Of a stretch of 64,000 nt of DNA, positions 1 through 13,154 are shown one piece after another; within the stretch, counting starts at the first letter, position 1; every line of letters starts with the position of its first letter. A program made the position numbers and the translations under genes. This stretch comes from Octopus sinensis (Eukaryota), in NCBI RefSeq assembly GCF_006345805.1, contig NC_042997.1, positions 46,314,001 through 46,378,000 of the forward strand, written 5' to 3'. The notes beneath the pieces were generated by a model. That model saw nothing but the letters and a program-made list of their open reading frames with translations, searched no databases and was not told the origin of the DNA.

Positions 1-889
1 ATATATAAAAACAAGAAATTTTACTTGTGATTGTCAAGTCTTCACTCTAATTCCAGTATTGCACTTTGGTGAGCTAGTCGGGTTTATCAAGAATATTTTT
101 GAAGTATATTGCTTTCCCTTTCAGTTTGCAATGGATGACTATCACGACCCATTTTATCGTCAGCCTTGGAACTTCCGTACTCGTTAACTGATGCTAAATT
201 GTCTTTGAGATACAATTCATCGAATTCCCATCCATTGTCACGAGAATATTTGTTGTACATATTATGCTTTTGTCTTTTCTCTATAGTGCCTGGTGGGGAT
301 GAGCTTCGCTTCATAGTTAAAGCACGGCCTACGCACACGCTCTCTCTCTCTCTCACTCACACATGCACGCGCACATACGCGCACACGCAAACCTTTTAAA
401 GATGATCTTGTATCCGAGTTGGTATTTGTAAACAAATTAATGCCGTAAGGAAATGACGACAGATCTTTATCGAAGTTGGCTGATTTATTTTTAGTTTGAC
501 CTCGTTATAAAGCTGGCATGGGGTTACCCCATATCTTCTATATGCATTTATCTGTCTACGCTCAAAAGAATAGGGTCAGTGTGTATAAAGGTGTCGCTTA
601 CCGAAAAAAAAAAACGGTTGAGAATATTCTAAAAATGTTGCTTATAAAATTTGTCCTAAACAGTCAGTATGTAGCACAATGAAACGCTTGTTAGCATAAT
701 GTTTGTATATTCCACGACCAGCAGTGTAATAAGAAGGTCTTTTCAAAATTTAACATCACTGAAAAAATGGTAGGCCTATGGCTATCGGCCATTTGTAAGT
801 ATTATCCTTTTTGCAGTTAGCTGCGAAAATGATTCGGAGTTGTTTACCGTAAACTCACATATCAAATGCAAATTAAATATATATATATG

Positions 890-1252
890 CTAGCACTATG
901 ACCCGGCGTTGCCGGGTCATAGTGATAGTGCATGCATATACAGCTGCGTGCGTACGCACATACACGCGAGTACTGTCCAAATCTCCGACCAATCACATGC
1001 AGCTAGTTGGCATTCAATTGGCGTATCAAGTTTCGGGAATTTTGATTGGGTTTTGGATAGAAAATTCACCAAAAATCACTTCTATTGATTTTTTAATGGC
1101 TTTGCGGAGTGACTGGGGAAATGTAAAGATGTGCACGACCACCCTTGGATGGTTTTGAATGACCATAGAAAGTGCGAGCCCTCTAACTGAAAAATTGTGG
1201 ATTTGTATAAAGGACACACAAGTAGACATATTGCCGTTTATATATAGAGAGA
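890..1252 (-). mobile_element. Non-autonomous Helitron-like element (~360 bp)
   Basis: Minus strand starts A|TCTCTCTATATATAAA at 1252 and ends in a perfect 14-bp hairpin (CACTATGACCCGGC-aac-GCCGGGTCATAGTG, 894-924) followed by CTAG (890-893). No TSD seen. Confidence 0.7.
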
Positions 1253-2099
1253 TAATATACTGTTTAAGAAAGTCCAGCACATAAATCTTACAGAAATGTA
1301 CGTAAGAAACACAGTTAAGTATACTTTGGTGGAAGGTTTGGTAAATATTGGTATGGTGGGTTACTACAAAAGAGACAGCTACAATCATATTATACCTATA
1401 TGCACGAGGTAAATATGCAGTGTATATCTTACCCACACATCATTTTGAATCAATACTTTTTCAGGTGACTGAATCAGTTTACGTGCGATAGCATGAATCT
1501 GGTCTGAACTATTTGTCTAATTACACTAATATCAATGCTTACTTCATGAAGTGTAGAAAAAGAGAAGCAATAGGTGACATAGTTAAGTGCCGGCAAGAAA
1601 GAGAGACACCTCCCGTCTTAGAAACCCAAGAATAAGAATCAGTGTGAAGATGATACGCGCTAAATAGGTGACTTACAAAGTGGTTGCTCTCACAATTCGC
1701 TTGTATGTATTTGAAGGCAGAATGTTTTATCTGATGTAAATGTAAAACATATTGCTCATACAATGACACGACAATATTACGAATAACAAAATTCTTAATT
1801 GGACTACCTCAATAGCACTGAAGCAGAGGGAGTTGTCCAATAGGAGATATAAGGATTAAACAAAGAAAATATAAAGCTTCAATATTACTGTTTCTTCGTA
1901 GACTTTTTATGCAACGAATTGTGCTAAAAATGTCATTTTCTGCGCAAGTTCTTTAAAGGTAAGAGAATGTAATTAAGAGAACGGATCGTCGATGGAAGGA
2001 AGCCGACCAATACCAAGTAGTCTTAGACCTAGCTGCATTCCAATGCTCATGTCTTTATTCTCACTTTTCTTTGAGGTCAAAAATAGGTTTATATACCTA

Positions 2100-3729
2100 C
2101 TAGCATTATGACCCGTCGTTGCCGGGTCATAGTGCAAGTGCATATATATATATGTATATATATATGTACATATTACATGTACATCTATATATATGCATCT
2201 AGACATAAAATACAAAATACAAAGTTATACCTTGATATCGCTAGTGATAACAATGCTCAAAATATATAATAGACTGGAATTGTAGGCCCGTCTCTTGCAA
2301 TTTCGATCAATTGTGTCTTGTCCTCCCTCTTGTATAGAAGTGTGGCTACAATCCAGCCTACCTCTAATTCTGGGGGGACATTTTAAATTTTTATCCGGGA
2401 TGTCCTACGTCCCAGATATAAAGGTAAAAATAAAATATTTCCACTTTGCAAGGTTCGAGTCGAGTACTCCCTTGCACGCTCCGTTGACTCGAACCTTGCT
2501 TATATTGTGGCGAATTTACCGCCTCTGGTTAGATATCTTTCATAGTCGCACCAAGACACTTTTCGATAGTGCTTTCCTCCAGATGTTCAAATCTTTTTTT
2601 TTCTCTACATTTTATACTTTATAGACAATAGTCTTTTCTTTAATTTAATTTTTTATTTCGTTTGGTGGTGTTATCCTAGATTCACCGTCTTTGTCGGTGA
2701 TCAATCCGAAATAGGTTTGTATTTCTTCCATTTTAATTTTAATTAGTTCGCTCCCGCCGACGGCTGCAGCGAAATTCATTTTTGGACTTTCTTCTATCGA
2801 AGGCATTCTAACAAAAATGCTTCCGTGTAAACGGTGAAAATATTGTCAATTTCCCCAAACAGGGACACAATTCAATTTTTAAACAATAACCAGAGCTCCT
2901 TCTCCCAAAGGGGGGGGTTACAGTTTACAATTATTTAACAAATGCAACACAACAACGTGGTCCTTTATGTATAAGAAATAAACCAACAGCAGTACTCAGT
3001 AGAAGCGGCTGTTCGAAAAAAGAGACATTACATACAGCTAAACTTCATATAGATACTTAATGCTAGCTAATTAGCAGATAATCTAATGTAAAAGCCGTAA
3101 TAAACGGTATGTGCACACCTCCATCTGGACAATTCCATTTCTGCACACTAATTTTATTTTTGATTTATTCCCATTCATGTGAAACCACTTATTTAAGTTC
3201 AAGTCATTGATGCATTTTTATACCACTTGCTATTTTTTCTTTTCTTATGTTACGATTATATTATACTTTAGTTTGATTTTAATTATTACTTACCATAGAT
3301 AATTCAATTTTTATTACTATCTCTAATTTTTATTGTTAAAGTGAAAGTATCTGACATAAAATAGAGAAATGTTTTTGTTTCACTTTTAACACGTACTACT
3401 GAAATAGTGGAGAAGATATGATGTTGCTATGGGCTCACCCTAGGCAAGAAGTTGAACATCTCTTTGTGCCCATGAAACTACATGGACCTTAAGTAAGGCA
3501 TGTGTGTAATTCTCAAGTTTTAGGGAATCAGAGTGGAGAAGATATGATATTGCTGTGGGCTCGCCCTAGGCAAAAGGTTAAAAAAATTTTTGCCGATGAC
3601 ACTCCCCGGACCCTAACTAAGGCATGTGTAAAATTTGAATGAAATTGGTTGTGTAGTTCTCAAGTTTTAGGGAAACACACAGACAGGCAGATAGACAGAC
3701 ACACATTCTCAGTTTTATATATAGAGAGA
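2100..3729 (-). mobile_element. Non-autonomous Helitron-like element (~1.6 kb) with internal diverged ~126-bp duplication
   Basis: Same 3' hairpin plus CTAG|T end as 890-924 (2100-2134). 5' A|TCTCTCTATATATAAAA end at 3729. Diverged direct repeat at 3406-3527 / 3532-3674. Continuity of the middle part is assumed. Confidence 0.55.
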
Positions 3730-3972
3730 TACTTAACAGATAAATTCAATGGATCCAAATATTCAAATGTGAGTTGACGATGTTAATGATAATGATATAT
3801 AAAATGAGGTTGTATGAGTGTGTAAGCATGTGCTTGTATATATGTTTAAGTATATATAGACATACACAAATACTTGTATGCATAAATAGTCATACATAAA
3901 AACGCGTGATTGCGCGCGCGCACATGCACGCACACACACATACACGCATATAAATATATGTATATGTATATA

Positions 3973-4180
3973 CAATAATCCCTCGACTATCGTCAGTATT
4001 ACGTTCTAGAGCTCCCCCGTGATAGGTGAAAATCCACGAAGTAAAAACGGTACTGTACAGTCAATTTTAAAATTATTTTTATAATTTGTATATTTTTATT
4101 ATAAATGCAAAACAACAAACAGGCGTAAGCTTAAATAAAAAACTGCGATAGGTGAATCGTGATATGGCGCGAGATTACTG
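3973..4180. mobile_element. Tc1/mariner (pogo/Tigger-type) MITE
   Basis: Imperfect TIRs CAATAATCCCTCG... / ...CGCGAGATTACTG, TA on both flanks, 208 bp, no coding capacity. Confidence 0.7.
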
Positions 4181-5051
<871 letters not shown>

Positions 5052-5075
5052 TATATATATATATATATATATATA

Positions 5076-5470
5076 GTGACGTATATTTGCCATCTCAATA
5101 GGCTACCTAAGGGTGGATGCTACTGTAGTTTTTAGCCCCAGGAGGACACACTCCTCCAGCTGGCCATAGACACACTTTCTGTGTCCTGTCAGTATTTGCA
5201 AAGGGAAGTCATCCTTCCCGTCTTCAACTTATGATACACACGGACTCGAGTTTCGAGGTATTGACCTCTCGTCAGCGTGTGACAATCATAGTTGTCGGCG
5301 AGAATTAGATTTCCTTCACAAATACTTATACTTTTTCCAGCGTCCACTGTCGCTGATATTGAAAAAGTGAAATCAAACAATGATAAATATCAGAGTGAGT
5401 TATATACAGTAGCGGTAACACATCGTGACGTATATTTGCCATCTAAATATGGCTACCCCTAAGGGTGGAT
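5076..5470 (-). mobile_element. HHR-bearing retrozyme-like element, 349-bp unit plus ~45-bp terminal redundancy
   Basis: GTGACGTATATTTGCCATCT...TAAGGGTGGAT at 5076 and again at 5425-5470, (TA)n on both flanks, canonical HHR inside. Confidence 0.7.
5237..5281 (-). ncRNA. Canonical type I hammerhead ribozyme
   Basis: Minus strand: CACACG-CTGACGA-GAGGT-caat-ACCTC-GAAA-CTCGAG-T-C-CGTGTG. Perfect stems I (6 bp) and II (5 bp), palindromic stem III ACTCGAGT, GUC triplet. Confidence 0.9.
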
Positions 5471-5489
5471 ATATATATATATATATATA

Positions 5490-5965
5490 CGAGCAAAACG
5501 CCCCCACCACCACCGTTCAATGGACGGTGCTGAATCATATGTGCTGAATAAAAAGCAATCAGTGTTTTCTCTTCATTAAAAAGTAATTAAGCATGCCTTT
5601 ATTTCAATAAAATTTTTGGTTTTGTTAAAAAAAAATATTTCTTGAGAAACCAAATAGTCTTTCCTTCCTTCATGCCAAGTTTGAAGAAAATATCTCTTTT
5701 GCTTCTTTTGTTTTGGTCTCTTAAATATACTGCATTTTGTGGCATTATTTCAACCCAGCCGGCTTTTTTTGCGCAAACTGCACGTTCCCACGGCTTTATC
5801 GATCGCATTCTTACCTGGAATCGATTTTTGAAATTTTTTCAAGACTTGTACACGCCTTGATACCGTCGGTATCTACATATCAAATTTGAGCGCAATCGGG
5901 TGGAGGATGCCCGAGATCCTAGAAGACACACAGAGAGACAGACAGAACGGATTTTATATAATATA
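5490..5965 (-). mobile_element. Non-autonomous Helitron-like element
   Basis: 5' end TATATAAAATCCGTTCTGTCTGTC shared with 41057-41250 in the opposite orientation. 3' hairpin CACCGT-ccattga-ACGGTG followed by degenerate CTCG|T. Confidence 0.55.
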
Positions 5966-6169
5966 TACATCCATATATATATATATATATATATATAAAA
6001 ACAAAGATAAATGCGATACAATAAAATTAATTATAATGCTCGGCCGGTGTACCAGTACACGCCATATATTATACATATATCATTACATTCAAGGCGAAGA
6101 GTGTACTAGATACACAATAGCTGGATAAATTTCGTGAGATGAGATTTAAAATTTTACAAACTTAACTTT

Positions 6170-6240
6170 TCTTATACTGCAGTTTCGCGCAAATTTAGTA
6201 ATAAAAATAGTATTTATTTACCCAGGCTGGCTCATCAGGA
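6170..6240 (-). ncRNA. Hammerhead ribozyme, array copy 1 (damaged)
   Basis: Same motif as copies 2-4 but lacking 3 nt of stem I (TCATCAGGATT vs TCATCAGTAAGATT on +) and with a 1-nt insertion in stem II. Confidence 0.55.
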
Positions 6241-6574
6241 TTCCTGTTAATGATGGAAAGACCATACCAATAGATCCATGTGCTTCTATCATCGAAATGC
6301 TCTTTCTAAACTATTCAAAACACTGCGCAGACTCCGAACAAACCCGACAAAATAGGGGATTGTGGATATCGTCTACGCGGTCAGAATTTATCGAGAGAAT
6401 ATGTAAACAAAGATAAATGCGATACAATAAAATTAATTATAATCGCCGGTGTACCAGTACACGCCATATATTATACATATATCATTACATTCAAGGCGAA
6501 GAGTGGTACTAGATACACAATAGCTGGATAAATTTCGTGAGATGAGATTTAAAAACTTTTACAAACTTAACTTT

Positions 6575-6647
6575 TCTTATACTGCAGTTTCGCCAAATTT
6601 AGTAATAAAAATAGTATTTATTTACCCAGGCTGGCTCATCAGTAAGA
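6575..6647 (-). ncRNA. Canonical type I hammerhead ribozyme, array copy 2
   Basis: Minus strand: TCTTA-CTGATGA-GCCA-[36 nt]-TGGC-GAAA-CTGCAG-T-A-TAAGA. Predicted cut between 6580 and 6579. Confidence 0.9.
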
Positions 6648-6976
6648 TTCCTGTTAATGATGGAAAGACCATACCAATAGATCCATGTGCTTCTATCGAA
6701 ATGCTCTTTCTAAACTATTCAAAACACTGCGCAGACTCCGAACAAACCCGACAAAATAGGGGATTGTGGTATATCGTCTAACGGTCAGAAATTTATCGAG
6801 AGAATATGTAAACAAAGATAAATGCGATACAATAAAATTAATTATAATCGCCGGTGTACCAGTACACGCCATATATTATACATTATCATTACATTCAAGG
6901 CGAAGAGTGTACTAGATACACATAGCTGGATAAATTTCGTGAGATGAGATTTAAAAACTTTTACAAACTTAACTTT

Positions 6977-7049
6977 TCTTATACTGCAGTTTCGCCAAAT
7001 TAAGTAATAAAAATAGTATTTATTTACCCAGGCTGGCTCATCAGTAAGA
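6977..7049 (-). ncRNA. Canonical type I hammerhead ribozyme, array copy 3
   Basis: Core and stems identical to copy 2. Predicted cut between 6982 and 6981. Confidence 0.9.
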
Positions 7050-7376
7050 TTCCTGTTAATGATGGAAGACCATACCAATAGATCCATGTGCTTCTATCGA
7101 AATGCTCTTCTAAACTATTCAAAACACTGCGCAGACTCCGAACAAACCCGACAAAATAGGGGATTGTGGTATATCGTCTAACGGTCAGAATTTATCGAGA
7201 GAATATGTAAACAAAGATAAATGCGATACAATAAAATTAATTATAATCGCCGGTGTACAGTACACGCCATATATTATACATATATCATTACATTCAAGGC
7301 GAAGAGTGTACTAGATACACAATAGCTGGATAAATTTCGTGAGATGAGATTTAAAAACTTTTACAAACTTAACTTT

Positions 7377-7448
7377 TCTTATACTGCAGTTTCGCCAAAT
7401 TTAGTATAAAAATAGTATTTATTTACCCAGGCTGGCTCATCAGTAAGA
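7377..7448 (-). ncRNA. Canonical type I hammerhead ribozyme, array copy 4
   Basis: Core and stems identical to copy 2. Predicted cut between 7382 and 7381. Confidence 0.9.
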
Positions 7449-7521
7449 TTCCTGTTAATGATGGAAAGACCATACCAATAGATCCATGTGCTTCTATCGA
7501 AATGCTCTTTCTAAACTATTC

Positions 7522-7555
<34 letters not shown>

Positions 7556-8190
7556 AGAGAGAGAGAGAGAGAGAGAGAGAGAAAACAGGAAAACGAAAGC
7601 AACAAAAGTCAATTAGATACACATAGTGTATAAATTTGTTTGACGCTCAGGGTAAGTTTTAGGTAGCAATATATTAGTGGAATTGACGTTTCAAGCATGG
7701 TTATTTGTTGGAATGAGAGATAAGTCTAGAAGAGGAGCAAAAAAAGGGAGCATTTAGTGGGGAGAATGCGTGAGTGTAAAAGATACAACCCGTGCGCATA
7801 TATGAATCCATAATACATTTCTTTGTTCTTCTGTTCCCGCCTTCATAAGGATCCAAGTATACACATAATCAAGGCGATTCTAGTTCCACAAAATTTCTTC
7901 AGTAACAATTAGCAATATACTGGAGGCTTGCATTCAGAATCGCTCGCTCGGTTCTTCCCAGAATGCAAGAAATGAACAGCTATTAAAATAATAAAATTTT
8001 CATATAGAATATAATTGCAGAAAGATTCTAAAATTACCTCATTAAATTCAAACCAAGTAATAATACCATTCTGTGTGTTTACTTATAATTTATTACTTCT
8101 TTCGCTCTCTCTGTCTAGCGATCTGTCTATACGTATGCATGTGTATATAACTATATGTATTCACGTATATATATATATACATATATATCA

Positions 8191-8259
<69 letters not shown>

Positions 8260-8540
8260 ATATGTATGTATGTATGTATGTATATCAATATATATGTAAT
8301 TGTGTGTGTGTGTTTGTATTAGAATACATGCATATATTATTGGCGCCGCTTTACACACAAGCACAAATGCACGCGCGCACAGACTCGCACGCACACGCAC
8401 ACAAACAAACACACACACACGTACACAGAGAAAAGGACGCATACATACGCATTCCTATCGTGATTTCTGTCAAGATATCAACGTTTTGTTTTGCTTTTGT
8501 TCATGTATGCACCTGCGCACGAATATATACCTTTCCCCTA

Positions 8541-8925
<385 letters not shown>

Positions 8926-9385
8926 ACACACAATCACACACACACACACACAACCCAAACACACAACACACACACACATGCATACATATACAAAGCGGGA
9001 GTGGTGTGGAGGAAGTTTCTGTATGCAATAATGATTTCGTTATTTGTCAAAATACCAAATTCTGTTAACAATATGTTTCTTGAGAATACAACGCATCCCA
9101 ACCCCATCACATCATCGTAAAATATATCTATCTCAGGGAGTTGACAATCATTATCTTTCGTAATAATTTCTCTGTATCTGTATGATTTAGAGACGGATTA
9201 ATTTTCTTTTTTTATATATTTAGATAATAAATGCCATTTAAGTAGCTTCTCTTTTAGAATATTCGTTGTTTTAATGCATATTTATTTCATATTCCTTCAT
9301 TTTCATCTTGTACGTACGCTTTCCATCTTTACTGATTTCCTTCACTCAGGTATTCGCTCATATGTATATATATGTATATATATAT

Positions 9386-9442
<57 letters not shown>

Positions 9443-12107
9443 AATGCACACATGCACGCACGAACACACAAACACACACATTACTTTTATTTCTGTTATC
9501 AGATTTGCTTTCTTACTTACATGTCCGGAAAATTATCTTGAGTCTAAATTGATCAACGTGCACCTAATACGTTGGGATGAAGCAGATCTACTGCGTATAG
9601 GATAAAGGTATGATTCTTTAGATTGAAATGCTGTACATTAGGATAATAATAATACAATACTATTCATAATTACATTAAGGAAAACAAATATAATAACTAA
9701 GAAATGCGCTGATATCGATTCGTCTTCTATCAGAATAAATTATCTATATGCGTAATGGTTGTTTTTATCTACATGAAAATATTCTTATAGAATATACAGG
9801 AATATATTCGTGGTGAATCAGGATCTTAGCCGTGAAATTTCAGCGTTCAACTTAAAGATGTCTAAATTAGTGTAGTTCTGGTTGCAAATGAAGCCATGTC
9901 ACAACGAAATCTATTCATAGGAACCAGAAGTTGCAACTCCGCTTGGAGCGTTTATGTAACATAATTTAAGCAATCGTAATTGTATACAAGAAAGGCTTAT
10001 ATTAGATCACCTAAGCATTATACGAATAAATAGCTTAATGTAATTCCGTCTAATCTACGATGTAATGTATCTCCGTGTACCTGTTTATTATTATAAATAC
10101 CACATTCATATTGAGAGATGAACAACCTGTAATATGACAATGTTAGTTTTAACATGGCCGCTCCCTAGCAAATGGTAAGCCAATTCTCTTACCTGCAAAT
10201 AAATAAACAATTAATTAATTAAACAGCAAAAACAATAACACTACTCGGAGAGGAGTGAGTGTACTATTGTCCAAAGTGAACACCTAGACTAAAGGAAGGA
10301 AATAACTTTTGTATCCATTTTGCTTATGGTGCGATAATACACGAGAAAAAAATAATAATTGGCTGCCCAGGTTCTCGAATTATCACATACGTCTTCTGCG
10401 ATATAAACCATCTGTGTTTACCTCGTTTCTGTTCAACTTCTGGGTGACAGTTATCTGACAGAAACCAGTTGTTATCTCATGAGAACCATGCATCTTCAAG
10501 TTTCATGTTTTGGCGTTAAACAGTCTCAAAAGGGAAGAAATTTCCTCACGTCACCAAAAGCAAAACAAAATCCTGTTGTCAACTGGTTCAGAGACAGCCA
10601 AACACGATAGCGCTCATATGAGTTACCCAACGGTTCCTAATGAAGTCTCGCTGACTGGTGAAAATCAATCAGCCTATTGGGTTTAACATTCTACTCATGG
10701 TTCATTACATAATAGTACCGTGGCAACCAGACGGTGGGTTGTCAACTTAAGGTATACTTATGTCTCCCGGTGATGATGGTCTCCAAAGTATGCTTTATTA
10801 AGCTATCTTATGTTACCAAACCCCTTTTAAAGATAGGTGGTAGTCAACAGAGTTTGAAAGTTATCGACCTGTTATTGTTACTTTGGAGTTTTTAGGAAAC
10901 CAAAAGACGAGTTGAATGGATGTGGCGTGATTGAAAGAATCATAGTATTTCTCATGAGAAATTGGTGGTGTGTGGTGAAGTGTGTGAGAGCTGAAAAGTG
11001 CGGACATATTAACTGTATTTTATAAAAGTATAACTACTCCAACTTTTAAACTCGACAATGGATATGACGAAACAGGAAGAATAGTCTCCTTAATAGAGAG
11101 CGGGATGGAGGCAAAAAATTGAATTTAATTAATATTATCGGAGTAGGGATTGGGGCTTGAATTTAGCATTTTAAGAACCGCTGAAATATCCGATTAAGCT
11201 TAAAACATAAACGAAAGTATTCTTGCCGAGACAAGGTCTGACCTTCAAGAGAGAGTTTGCCTAATTTTATAACATATAGTAACTGCATATTATTACAATC
11301 ACTATCTATATATCACTATATGTTCCAGCAGTATTTTATTAGACAAACTGTGTTCATATGACCTTATATGCTACACACATATTACAATATATAGAACATG
11401 GTATTTTACTTTCTATGCGCAGTTACTTAGTTGATGAGGTCATATAATGGACTTTGTATTTGGAATAAAATATAGGAAACAATTCCAAAATTTTCAAAAA
11501 TGGAGACGGAAGATTATTTGTTCATCTGTTATCTAAAATTTAATAAAGTTTTCCCAAATAAAAAATATCGAATTCAATTATGCAACTGAATTAAATAACT
11601 GAAGTTTAATTTTAAATAAAAAAAATATATTGACATTTGCTTTCTATTCTTAATATAGTTATTTGCAAACACTTCTACAATAGATTCTCGTATAATCAAG
11701 ACTGCTCTCAATAATGGGTATTCCCTTATTTCATTCAGTGAAATACAGAAAAGATTCAATCAAATATTCTACTTTAGTTACATGGAACAAAATACACTAA
11801 ACAAAATACTAACGAGTAATAATAATATTGCTCTCAAGCAGATGAATTAAAAGTACTGACAAAAAAAATATTTCATGTTTCAACATGAAACGACGTTTCC
11901 ATACGTTCGCGAGCACACGCATATCCCTACACGTACATAGTGTGACAGAGAAAGACAGGGGGAGAGAGAGGTGAGAGAGAGGTGAGAGAGAGAGAAAGAG
12001 ACAGAGAGAAGGAAGTATGTATGTATGTGTATATGTTCTTTCGTATGCATGCTAGGTTATATATCTGTATAAGCAAGAAATTATATATATGTATATATGT
12101 ATATATG

Positions 12108-12182
<75 letters not shown>

Positions 12183-12603
12183 TGTCTATATATTTGTATG
12201 TATACAATTATATATATATACACGTCTATATATACATATATACATATATATATATATGTATAAATAAAATATATGCATTCATAAATATATATACATATAT
12301 ATACGTATATATATATATTTACATATATATATATATGTATGCATGTGCGTGCGTTCATGTATATATATATGTATCTACTTGTATGTGAGAATGTATATAT
12401 GTATATATATATAGAATATGCATATAAGTTAAATTAAGATATTAGTTTCAAAGGGTAGTTTGAAACATTGATAAAGTTTTTTTTTATATTGTAAAAATTA
12501 AATTGAATTTTATTATTGTATGATAGAATATTAAATATTCTATAGAACAATAACAGATGTGTGTCTATCTATCTAACCCTCTATCTATCTATCTATCTAT
12601 CTA

Positions 12604-12702
<99 letters not shown>

Positions 12703-12806
12703 TACACGCACACATACTCTCTCTATATATATAATACATATATATGTTATACTTATAAATATGCGTGTGTGTGCGTGTATACATATATATATATATATAT
12801 ACATAC

Positions 12807-12840
<34 letters not shown>

Positions 12841-13109
12841 GTGTAAATATTTTCATTTTCATTTTATCTAGTTTCAGCTCATGAGTAGTGGCCATGCATA
12901 TATATATATATATATATATAAAATATACATATATATGCATCTTAAACATGCATACATACATATGTATATAGCTATGCATATATTGGTACTGGACGTCACA
13001 AAACGTAAACAACATGAAATACGAAAATAACGTTGGGTACGCATAGAACGAGAGAAACAATGGAAAACAAGACAAGCAACATAAAAAACGCCCCTTCATC
13101 AGTTGTCAG

Positions 13110-13152
<43 letters not shown>

Positions 13153-13154
<2 letters not shown>

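Larger units (their letters stand above)
5999..7522 (-). repeat. Tandem array of ~400-405 bp units, each with a hammerhead ribozyme (candidate non-LTR retrozyme)
   Basis: Unit starts (AAACAAAGATAAATGCG) at 5999, 6405, 6810 and 7209; last unit truncated at 7522. Near-identical copies differing mostly by 1-3 nt indels. (TA)n on both flanks. Confidence 0.9.

Noticed and set aside
5999-7522. Array as a CRISPR locus or protein-coding tandem
   Set aside because: Whole units repeat with no unique spacers, no cas genes, eukaryotic context. The 79-81 aa ORFs are not preserved across copies.
13085-13112. CTGATGA on the minus strand (GACAA-CTGATGA-AGGGG)
   Set aside because: No downstream stem II partner or GAAA; at most half of a truncated motif.
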